This document shows, piece after piece, positions 8,859 through 16,725 of a stretch of 40,138 nt of DNA (position 1 is its first letter; every line of letters begins with the position of its first letter). Source of the DNA: Pseudomonadota bacterium (lineage in GTDB: Bacteria; Bdellovibrionota; FAC87; UBA2466); the NCBI GenBank assembly GCA_043718025.1, contig JAYSWN010000043.1, positions 1 through 40,138 of the forward strand. Direction: 5' to 3'. The notes under the pieces are model-generated. The model saw only the letters and a list, made by a program, of their open reading frames with translations. It was not told where the DNA came from and did no database searches. A program made the position numbers and the translations under genes.

Positions 8859-10089
8859 TCCCCGATAGCTTGGTGGTTAAAAGCTCAATCTTACGCGCGG
8901 CCTCGCTATCGGCGGGCAAGGCTTTTTGGTACTGTTTCACCAGCGCAAGAATTAGTGGCTGCTCTTCAGTGGTCGTGAGTTTTTTGGCGATGCGAATCAC
9001 GCAATCGTAAGGTAGTCCGCCCAGCCATTTCGGTGGCAGTGATTTTTTTTTGTTCAATAACTCAGCAACCACGGCTTTGATGTCATCGGTGCGGAGACGT
9101 ATAAAAGTGGGCGAAAAGTACTGAAAAATCTTTTCTTGATCGGCGTCGCCTAAAATCTCACAGTTGCTTGCGGTGATGTGGCAAAGCTTCGCTTTTATTT
9201 TATCGTTATAGTTATTGATAGCGAGGAGCTCGAGCCAAGTGTGCAGCGGGGTAAATACCGGGTCAAATATTTTAGGGCGAACCAATGTCGCCCAATACAA
9301 GAACTCGGCACGGGTTTGTAAAAATACGGGCCACCGCTGAAAGAAGCGCAAGAAGCACGCGAGTGACATTCCCGTGGCAAAACCCACCACATGGGCAATG
9401 TGATCAACGCTGTCTACTCGATCCGGCATCAATTGCACGAGTGAAAGCACCATTTCAATCATCAAGACGTCGAGAAAGAAAAACCAGTTGGTTTTCAAAT
9501 TTATAAAGCCACGCTTACTCGGGAACCAAAAAAAGTAACGCGTGCGGTAATGGAAATTATAAATGTAATAAGCGCCCATCAAAGCGAACAAACCGCCGCT
9601 GGATCCAACGTGGGGAATGAACTGCGACGCCTCTTTCGATACTAAAATACTAAGCAATAGTCCTAAACTACCCCCCAGCAAAAAGATGGCGATAGAGCAG
9701 AGGAAGGGAACAAAAGTAGTAAGGATGCGAACTCCCGCAAAAACCCCGATCAGGTTCAACGTCAGGTGCAGGTGGCTGCCGTGAATGAAGTTAGCGTAAA
9801 GCAGCCGCTTTAAATCCCAGTCACCCTTTGCCGGCGCAATTCGCAACAACGGGCGAAGCTTCAAAAAATCCGAGGCCGTTTTTGAGGTGAAGTTACCGTT
9901 GGCGGGGTCATTGGCTTCGTCGCTAAGCAAATAGTTTTGTAAGCTATCGATATAATCGGTGTCGCGGCGAAGCGTGTCCGCCGTTTCTAAGAAAGCAATG
10001 GCCAGAAGAATAACCATGAGCAGGCTCGGCCACAAATTGGGTGCCCGGCTTTTGGGTACTTCTGGCGTGACTGGTACCAATAAGATCAT
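8782..10089 (-). CDS. rhomboid-family intramembrane serine protease with C-terminal soluble domain
   Basis: FIHGSHLHLTLN, catalytic VGSSGG, DHIAHVVGFATG. Confidence 0.88.
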   Translation of the reverse strand: MILLVPVTPEVPKSRAPNLWPSLLMVILLAIAFLETADTLRRDTDYIDSLQNYLLSDEANDPANGNFTSKTASDFLKLRPLLRIAPAKGDWDLKRLLYANFIHGSHLHLTLNLIGVFAGVRILTTFVPFLCSIAIFLLGGSLGLLLSILVSKEASQFIPHVGSSGGLFALMGAYYIYNFHYRTRYFFWFPSKRGFINLKTNWFFFLDVLMIEMVLSLVQLMPDRVDSVDHIAHVVGFATGMSLACFLRFFQRWPVFLQTRAEFLYWATLVRPKIFDPVFTPLHTWLELLAINNYNDKIKAKLCHITASNCEILGDADQEKIFQYFSPTFIRLRTDDIKAVVAELLNKKKSLPPKWLGGLPYDCVIRIAKKLTTTEEQPLILALVKQYQKALPADSEAARKIELLTTKLSGISIPKGESAKGGTTRNAFAGKRRQR

Positions 10090-10096
10090 TCAGCAC

Positions 10097-10645
10097 CTAG
10101 GGCATGGCGATTACTCTTTTGACGGTCGTCCCCGCTACCAGGTCGTGAAGGGTTCGCGAATCAGCGCGGATAAAGGCCATGCTCCAGCCAATGGCTAGCG
10201 GCACGGTGGAGAGCGCTTTTCCTAACAGCTCACGAACTATGGCACGTCCAAAACTAATCTTGCCGCCGGTTTTGGCATCGACCACGCGAAGTCCAAGCAG
10301 CAGTTTACCTGGGCTGCCCCCAAATTTCGAAAGCGTGGCGCAAAAGTAAAAAAAATATAAAAACCCGTGACCCACGTGAATGAGAAACGGAACCATTTGT
10401 TCGGGGCGCAAGGGCACCAACTGTCTTAATTGAAAGTAGTTGAGTAGCGAAGGGCCAGCGGAATTGATCGTATTCTCAATTCCGCTCCACATCAGCCAAA
10501 AGAAAATACCGTCTAACAAAATGGCGCCGGTCCGAATCCAAAAATCAGCATCGGGACAATCCATAAAATGGTCGTCTTCGGCTTCGTTAAGCGTGTCGGA
10601 AATAGTTTTTGGTCGGCTCGTGGTTTTGCGTAGGTAGGTTCCCAT
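10097..10645 (-). CDS. RDD-family membrane protein
   Basis: ADFWIRTGAILLD, GSPGKLLLGLRVVD, RTLHDLVAGTTV. Confidence 0.9.
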   Translation of the reverse strand: MGTYLRKTTSRPKTISDTLNEAEDDHFMDCPDADFWIRTGAILLDGIFFWLMWSGIENTINSAGPSLLNYFQLRQLVPLRPEQMVPFLIHVGHGFLYFFYFCATLSKFGGSPGKLLLGLRVVDAKTGGKISFGRAIVRELLGKALSTVPLAIGWSMAFIRADSRTLHDLVAGTTVKRVIAMP

Positions 10646-10647
10646 GG

Positions 10648-11946
10648 CTACCTGCCTCTCCGTAACCCGATCGTATCAAATAGTTCTAGAATGCTTTCAA
10701 TTTCGTCTTCTGCCTGACTGGGGGTGTGCCCATCCCCTGCATCGGCACCGAGCCAAGGGGTGAGAGTTTTCTTATGTTTGTTGTGAAAGCGAAGCAGACG
10801 CAAGGCTGCCTCGGTACATTCGGCAAGGCGGCCATCTTCCGTCCAAAAATGATTTTCGAGTTGGTACTCACGCAGCTCGCGTTTTTGTCCAAAAAAGAAA
10901 AGCAAAGTGCCTGCATCGAGCAACGAGAGAAAAAAGGCATCAAGTTTGCTAATCGAATGCAGGTAGCGAAGCGAATTTTCCATCGCAAAGTAAGGCAGCG
11001 CTGTTGCGGCGGTTTTTTTAAAGATCGCCTTCTCAAATTGCTGAAGTTGGTCCTTGGTCCCTTGCGGCAGGCACCAGGGAGACTTCTTTGTATCCATTAA
11101 ACGTTTAATGGCGCCTTCTCGTTTTTCCCAAACCTTAACAACTCCCTCGCGCATGCGTTCCCAGCATTCAATCTCTAGCGCATTACCTAACAATTGGCTG
11201 GCAATGCGGTTGATTTGCGTTGAATCGATCGATGAGGGCTCTTTTGGAACAATGGTGCGTAACCACTCTGAAAGAAGTTGCGCTTCTTTAGCGCGTTGGC
11301 CAAAACCCATGTCGCGGTTTACGGTCTGGGGAATGGGCGGAAGCGAGGGAGTGATCGGCGTGCTGACCGTGACGTTGGGTTCCTTTGTCGTTGAAGCCGC
11401 TTCGACCTCATCAAAGGTTGGGGGTTGAATGAGCTCCGACGCATCAGGGAGAGAATAGGACGAAGGCTCTGGTTCTGTCTCAAAGTGCCTCGGCGTATCA
11501 GCCTCCTCGTTGTGTTTGGGCAGATTTATTTCCAACGCTGCCAGTTCAGTCACCACGGTCGTTTCGAACGATTCCACGTTAGTGTCATCGGATCGACTCA
11601 CCTGTTGCTCCTCGTTTAGTGGAGCCTTGGCCGGAGTCGAAGACTGAGACATCTCGGCAAGCGTCTTTTGATCCCAGTCGGATCCAGCCATCGATTCCAG
11701 ATCCAAGAGGATTTGGCAGTAGATGTCTTTGCACCGTTGAAAGCTGGCGGCGATCTCGCCCAACGAGGGCGGCAGATCGTCCCGCTCATAGTCGGTGGCC
11801 GACTCTTCCAAGGTGCGGCCCAACTGATCAAGTGTGGCCTCACCTAAGTGGAGCGATTCGGCAAATGGTTCGGCCATTAACTGGTTTACCAATTGCTGAA
11901 CTGCCGGATTTGCGCCGGCGACAATTTTTGGTCGTTTTCCAAACAT
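10648..11946 (-). CDS. hypothetical protein with central acidic Pro/Thr/Glu-rich linker
   Basis: Long ORF with 2-nt gaps to both neighbours; ATG 11946 chosen because it follows the upstream stop. Confidence 0.75.
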   Translation of the reverse strand: MFGKRPKIVAGANPAVQQLVNQLMAEPFAESLHLGEATLDQLGRTLEESATDYERDDLPPSLGEIAASFQRCKDIYCQILLDLESMAGSDWDQKTLAEMSQSSTPAKAPLNEEQQVSRSDDTNVESFETTVVTELAALEINLPKHNEEADTPRHFETEPEPSSYSLPDASELIQPPTFDEVEAASTTKEPNVTVSTPITPSLPPIPQTVNRDMGFGQRAKEAQLLSEWLRTIVPKEPSSIDSTQINRIASQLLGNALEIECWERMREGVVKVWEKREGAIKRLMDTKKSPWCLPQGTKDQLQQFEKAIFKKTAATALPYFAMENSLRYLHSISKLDAFFLSLLDAGTLLFFFGQKRELREYQLENHFWTEDGRLAECTEAALRLLRFHNKHKKTLTPWLGADAGDGHTPSQAEDEIESILELFDTIGLRRGR

Positions 11947-11948
11947 AG

Positions 11949-12242
11949 TTACTGCCTGATGTTGCACTCCTGGCGAAGCTCTTGGAATAAAATCCGTTTT
12001 GCTCGGGAGAGCCATTCTTCGACATCGCGCATCGAAAGCCCACGGTTGCGGGACAGTTCCATTACTGAGGCTCCATTGAAGTACTCAGAAAGTAGGCTTT
12101 TGCTATCGATGTCGAGCTGGTTCAAAGCTTTGTCGAAAGTGGACCAGACTTTTTCGTTGGCCTCTTCTACAATGCTCTTTTCCACTAACTCAGTTACATC
12201 GTCGTGAAAGGTGTCTTCGTTATTCAGGTCTTCGCGCCGCAT
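11949..12242 (-). CDS. stand-alone sigma-70 region 4 (ECF-type HTH) protein
   Basis: FDKALNQLDIDSKSLLSEYFNGASVMELSRNRGLSMRDVEEWLSRAKRILFQEL fits the sigma4 pattern; SD GGAGG 6 nt before ATG. Confidence 0.75.
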   Translation of the reverse strand: MRREDLNNEDTFHDDVTELVEKSIVEEANEKVWSTFDKALNQLDIDSKSLLSEYFNGASVMELSRNRGLSMRDVEEWLSRAKRILFQELRQECNIRQ

Positions 12243-12281
12243 CGGTTACCTCCGTATAATGCGTTGCTCCATACAAGAGAC

Positions 12282-12308
12282 CTATCGGCGGCTTTGACGC
12301 AGGGCTTA
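12282..12308 (-). promoter_or_regulatory. sigma-28 (FliA)-type promoter
   Basis: TAAG-N15-GCCGATAG on the minus strand versus consensus TAAA-N15-GCCGATAA, about 40 nt upstream of ATG 12242. Confidence 0.7.
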
Positions 12309-12376
12309 ATGGAGATTTGATCTAATTTCGGCGCTGTGCTAACTAGTTAAGTTTATTTCTATTTAAGGATCGTGGG

Positions 12377-13135
12377 ATGAGTCATCGTTTAGCGAGTGCG
12401 TTATTTTTATTGGTGGTTGGTATTTTTATGGTCACTTCGTGCACCCATAAAGAGGTCAATTCTGAGAGTCCTGACGCTCTTTTTGCTGAAGCCGAAGAGG
12501 CCTTCACCGATGAAAAATACTTAATAGCTATCGAACGTTACCGCGATATTAAGAATCGCTTTCCCTACAGTAATCGGGCCACTGACGCAGAGCTTCGTAT
12601 TGCCGATGCCTTCTTTGAGCAAGAGGCCTACATCGAAGCTGAGAGCGCCTACGAGATCTTTAAAGAGCTACACCCCACCCACGCAAAGAGTGACTACGTT
12701 CAGTACCGCATTGGCCTTTCGCTTCATAATCAGATCCCCACAAATGCCACTCGCGACCTTACCGCGGCGCAGCGTTCCATCGATGCTTTTGAAGTACTGA
12801 TCGAAAAATTCCCTGCATCGGCCTTGGTCAGCAAAGCTCGGGAACTGATTTTTGAAGCCCGGAAGCGAATGGCCGAGCACGAGCACTACGTGGCCGATTT
12901 TTATTTTCATCGTCGCCACTACCTTTCATCTACTTACCGCTACTCCGCTTTGCTTCAAGAGTTCCCCAATATGGGATATGATGAGGAAGCTTTATTCCGG
13001 TTGGGTAAGAGTTACGCGAACGTAAAAATGTTCGATAGCGCCAAAGATGTTTTAAAACGCTTTGTCGCCCGTTTTCCGAACTCTTCGCTCCGGGCAGAAG
13101 CAGAGTCGCTGTTGAAAGATATTTCTACTAACTAA
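12377..13135 (+). CDS. bamD: outer membrane protein assembly factor BamD
   Basis: Lipobox VTSC, RFPYS...AELRIADA, YEIFKELHP, MAEHEHYVADFY, EEALFRLG. Confidence 0.9.
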   Translation: MSHRLASALFLLVVGIFMVTSCTHKEVNSESPDALFAEAEEAFTDEKYLIAIERYRDIKNRFPYSNRATDAELRIADAFFEQEAYIEAESAYEIFKELHPTHAKSDYVQYRIGLSLHNQIPTNATRDLTAAQRSIDAFEVLIEKFPASALVSKARELIFEARKRMAEHEHYVADFYFHRRHYLSSTYRYSALLQEFPNMGYDEEALFRLGKSYANVKMFDSAKDVLKRFVARFPNSSLRAEAESLLKDISTN

Positions 13136-13171
13136 ATGCCTCAATTCGCGACGTGAGGTGGGGATACCTAA

Positions 13172-13900
13172 ATGGACTCACGCGCTCCAAACGTAGATGA
13201 GTTGTTGCGCATCGCTCGAGAAGACATTTCGCGCAACTCCCTTTCGTCTGCAGAAAAAACTCTCGAACAAGCGATCTTGATGAATCACACGCAGCCCGAT
13301 GCCTTTCATCTGCTTGGCTACGTCTATTCAAAAAGGGGAAAGTTTAAAAAGGCCATTCTGGCTTTTCAAAAAACTTTGAACCTTGACCCTTTTTACACCG
13401 ACGCCGCCATTGCCCTGTCGAGTCTGTTAAATGACGTGGGTAAATATAAAGAAGGCGCCGCCGTTTTTTTCAAAACAAAAAAGCGATTAGATGAAACGGC
13501 GCCGGGTCACGATCCGCGCATCAACGAAAACTTGAGTCGTCGTCATTACGAGCTTGGACTTTTGTACATGCGCTTCGAACGGTTTCGCGAAGCCCATCAT
13601 GAATTCTCAAAGGCGTACCATCTGCAGCCCAGTAATATAAATGCCGCCGTACAAATGGCCAAATGCCTGGCGCGTAGCGGTGAAAAGCAGAACGCTATTG
13701 AGTTTTTACGAAAAACCATTGAATCACACCCCGACCATGTCGATGCCAAACTTCAGCTCGGCGTTCTTTACCATTCTTTGCAAAAATTAAGGGACGCCAA
13801 ACGGCTTTGGGAAGAGGCCTTGGCTCAGGAGCCGGAGAATAAATCGGCGCAAATGTATCTGAGCATGCTCGAGTACGAGCCTTCGGTGGCGCGGTTGTGA
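13172..13900 (+). CDS. tetratricopeptide repeat protein
   Basis: Repeated TPR units (AFHLLGYVY...AILAFQKTLNLDP; HYELGLLY; AKLQLGVLY...ALAQEP); no signal peptide. Confidence 0.88.
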   Translation: MDSRAPNVDELLRIAREDISRNSLSSAEKTLEQAILMNHTQPDAFHLLGYVYSKRGKFKKAILAFQKTLNLDPFYTDAAIALSSLLNDVGKYKEGAAVFFKTKKRLDETAPGHDPRINENLSRRHYELGLLYMRFERFREAHHEFSKAYHLQPSNINAAVQMAKCLARSGEKQNAIEFLRKTIESHPDHVDAKLQLGVLYHSLQKLRDAKRLWEEALAQEPENKSAQMYLSMLEYEPSVARL

Positions 13901-14547
13901 GAAAAGCGGGCTGGCTGCTGATTCCGTTATTATTGTTTACATTGGGTCATGAGGCCTCGGCGGCGAAAAAGAAAGGGCGTAAACCCGGTAGCGTCACCAA
14001 AACACTTCCTGTTGCATCAAAGGAAGCCGCACCGGTCGCGGCAAAAGCAGCAGAAGAAAAAAAAACCGACGCCAAAGTAGCGGCGCCGATAGTATTGCGA
14101 GAACGCGCCTCAGAAGACGAAGCCCGTGTTTATACTTTTCGAGTTCAGAGTTACATCGGTCTGCTGATTGCTAGAAATTCAGGATTAGTTTTTGGTCTGA
14201 ATGCGGGGATTATCCCCAACCCCGATTCCCTTTGGTATTTTGGGGTCGAAGCGAATTACACGAATCCCGTTTCGGGTAGTTTATTCCAAGTTTTGGCGGC
14301 GGCTTGGCGCGAATTTCCGGTTCATGGAGCCTCTCGCCTCTCAGTTGGCGTTGGCGCTTTGGGTGGTCCGGTTTTCGCTGGCCCTACCACCGGTTATCCT
14401 ACGGTTACTTACGCGGCTTTCTTTAGCGCGGCCCTCTGCAAAGAGTTAGATGAACTGGCGTTACTGCGCGCCGAGTTCCGCCCAGGTCTTATAGAAGGGC
14501 GTTTTGCGTTTCTGATGAACTTCGGAGTATCCTTCCGCTTCCTTTAG
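13897..14547 (+). CDS. secreted protein, probable small outer-membrane beta-barrel
   Basis: Signal peptide, Lys/Ala-rich linker, amphipathic strands, C-terminal NFGVSFRFL; GTGA overlap with the TPR gene. Confidence 0.6.
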   Translation: MRKAGWLLIPLLLFTLGHEASAAKKKGRKPGSVTKTLPVASKEAAPVAAKAAEEKKTDAKVAAPIVLRERASEDEARVYTFRVQSYIGLLIARNSGLVFGLNAGIIPNPDSLWYFGVEANYTNPVSGSLFQVLAAAWREFPVHGASRLSVGVGALGGPVFAGPTTGYPTVTYAAFFSAALCKELDELALLRAEFRPGLIEGRFAFLMNFGVSFRFL

Positions 14548-14555
14548 GAGGCAAA

Positions 14556-15608
14556 ATGATTAGTTCGATGCGCGGTCTAACCTTCGACGATGTTCTTCTC
14601 GTCCCTGGCTATAATGGTATTAAATCTCGTCAAAACGTAACCACAACGGTTGTGCTCAAAAATAAAGAGTTCGAGATTCCGCTAATTGCTTCCAACATGG
14701 ATACGATTACCGAAGTTGAAATGGCGAATGCCATGGGCTCAATGGGCGGCATGGCCATTTTTCACCGGTTCATGTCGATCGAAAAAAACGTGGAGATGTT
14801 CAAAAAAATTACTTTTCCTGACCACGTCGCGGTTTCTATCGGCCTGGGTAAAGACGGATTAGACCGTGCAAACGCTTTGATTTCTGCTGGCGCGTCCATG
14901 ATATGTGTCGACGTGGCCCACGGCCACTCCAAAGAGGTCAACCGCACCATTCGTTTACTGCGTGAAAAATATTTCGATAATATTCTCATCATCGCAGGAA
15001 ATGTTGCTACCTACGCCGGCGCTGACTATTTGGCGGCCGCCGGGGCCGACTTGATCAAGGTGGGAATTGGATCGGGTTCGGTCTGCACGACCCGAATAAA
15101 AACGGGCTATGGCGTACCACAGCTCTCCGCTTTGCAAGATTGCCGCAAGGTTGACCGGCCTTTGATCTCCGACGGCGGAACCCGAATTCCGGCTGACGCC
15201 GTGAAGGCGTTGGCGGCGGGTGCCGAGTTCGTCATGTTGGGTGGTCTGCTGGCGGGGACCGATGAGACTCCCGGTCAGTTTATTGAGAGAAAAGGGGTCG
15301 ACGGGAAACCGATTAAGGTAAAGCGGTTTCGCGGAATGGCTTCGCGTGAAGCGCAAGATGATTTTATGGGAGGTATGGCTGAGTGGAAAACGGCAGAAGG
15401 AGTGGCGATTGAGGTGCCCGCGCGGGGTCCGGTGAAAAACATTGTTCAAGATATTATGGGCGGCATTCGTTCCGGTATGACTTACTGCGGAGCAGAAACT
15501 ATCCGCGACTTGCAAAGAAAAGCGATGTTTATCGAAATCACGGCGGCGGCAAAAGCTGAGGGGCAGCCGCATGCGGTGGGACGACTCTCCGTCGAAACGG
15601 CGACTTAG
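14556..15608 (+). CDS. IMPDH/GMP reductase family protein without CBS domains (GMP reductase favoured)
   Basis: TFDDVLLVP, SNMDT, VDVAHGHS, IAGNVAT, KVGIGSGSVCTTR, SDGG, GIRSGMTYCGA; SD AGGAGG. Confidence 0.85.
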   Translation: MISSMRGLTFDDVLLVPGYNGIKSRQNVTTTVVLKNKEFEIPLIASNMDTITEVEMANAMGSMGGMAIFHRFMSIEKNVEMFKKITFPDHVAVSIGLGKDGLDRANALISAGASMICVDVAHGHSKEVNRTIRLLREKYFDNILIIAGNVATYAGADYLAAAGADLIKVGIGSGSVCTTRIKTGYGVPQLSALQDCRKVDRPLISDGGTRIPADAVKALAAGAEFVMLGGLLAGTDETPGQFIERKGVDGKPIKVKRFRGMASREAQDDFMGGMAEWKTAEGVAIEVPARGPVKNIVQDIMGGIRSGMTYCGAETIRDLQRKAMFIEITAAAKAEGQPHAVGRLSVETAT

Positions 15609-15623
15609 AATTAACCTTCGCGG

Positions 15624-16040
15624 CTAGCGATTCGGAAGGTGAACGCCCGATTTTTTCAGGTTCTCAAAATATTGCAAAAGTTTGTTTAAGAAAGCTTCTT
15701 TGTCGCCTTCCAGATTAGTGAATTCTACGCCGAAGCCAGAGTTCGAAGATCCGCGGGCCCAACGGACTACCGCTTTTTCTGCAATCCCTGCATCGTTTTT
15801 CTTAACGGCGTTGGTGATTACTACCTTAGCGTTCAGCAACTGTGTTTCGTTGAAACGAACTTCCAAAATGATCTCTTCGCCGATTTTGATGGGTATGGTG
15901 CAGTGAACAAAAGCGCCGCCCAACGACAGATCTAATATCTCTGCGGGCTTTCCCTCTTTTGGTTTGTCTTTGAAATAAATTGTTGCCGGAATTTTAACGG
16001 GGATGCGTTTATGGCGACGTCTTTCAGATTGGAAGCTCAT
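15624..16040 (-). CDS. PilZ domain (c-di-GMP receptor) protein
   Basis: ERRRHKR (RxxxR) and DLSLGG (DxSxxG) motifs, VVRW, GFGVEF. Confidence 0.92.
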   Translation of the reverse strand: MSFQSERRRHKRIPVKIPATIYFKDKPKEGKPAEILDLSLGGAFVHCTIPIKIGEEIILEVRFNETQLLNAKVVITNAVKKNDAGIAEKAVVRWARGSSNSGFGVEFTNLEGDKEAFLNKLLQYFENLKKSGVHLPNR

Positions 16041-16058
16041 GTAACCCCTTACACGCTG

Positions 16059-16087
16059 AGTTTACGCTACAATCTTTTTAATGTCCA
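16059..16087 (-). promoter_or_regulatory. sigma-70-type promoter of the PilZ gene
   Basis: TGGACA-17 nt-TAAACT upstream of SD AAGGGG and ATG 16040. Confidence 0.45.
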
Positions 16088-16599
16088 AGTGGTTCAGACC
16101 ATAGAACATTTTCAACGTCCGTAATGAAGCTTGAAATGGCAGCGGGGGGAAATAGTGAGAAGGCGCGCGCCGTGGCAAACATGAGAGTTCCCTCCTTCGG
16201 ATTGTGTCCCAACCCGGCGCAATGGCCAAACTCGTGCCACACCACCGAATCGACATAATCCTCGCGCGAGCCTTTAAAGAGTTCAGTTGAAAAGCCAATC
16301 TTGCACGAATCTTCGTTGCGCGTCGTAATTCCAGCGGTCAGTGGCTGGTTGGTCCAAGGCTCATGTTGCTCAACGTGCACGGGGTAGGCGTTAGTCGATG
16401 CAGAGTTGTCTATTATTACCAACGGGCGTTCGGCTTGCGCATTCATTCGGCGTATCGAAGCCACCACCTTTTCATCGTTACCGTCGGTGAAATGGTCCAA
16501 AGACACCACGCGGGCGGGCCACTGAGCTTGTTTCGCCTGACACCCCGCGAGGAGCCAAACGACTGCAAAAAATTTTCCAACGCTCCACAACAACCGCAT
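16078..16599 (-). CDS. matrixin-like (metzincin) zinc metalloprotease lipoprotein
   Basis: HEFGHCAGLGH plus Met-turn TLM; lipobox LAGC; GAGG before ATG 16599. Confidence 0.85.
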   Translation of the reverse strand: MRLLWSVGKFFAVVWLLAGCQAKQAQWPARVVSLDHFTDGNDEKVVASIRRMNAQAERPLVIIDNSASTNAYPVHVEQHEPWTNQPLTAGITTRNEDSCKIGFSTELFKGSREDYVDSVVWHEFGHCAGLGHNPKEGTLMFATARAFSLFPPAAISSFITDVENVLWSEPLGH

Positions 16600-16645
16600 T
16601 CGCAACCTCAGCTTCAACACTCAACCACTTAGCTCAGCCGGGTAG

Positions 16646-16661
16646 TGCAAGCGACGGGCCT
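16646..16661 (-). promoter_or_regulatory. sigma-54-type promoter
   Basis: AGGCCC-GTCGC-TTGCA (GG-N10-GC) upstream of the matrixin gene. Confidence 0.5.
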
Positions 16662-16725
16662 AGAAGATCGCCGGTAGGTGAATACAAATGGTAATCACCA
16701 CACCTTTTCACGCTATAATTTCGAA

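Noticed and set aside
16062..16298. 78-aa ORF suggesting a frameshifted matrixin
   Set aside because: The 16078-16599 frame already contains the full zinc motif and Met-turn; this is a shadow ORF
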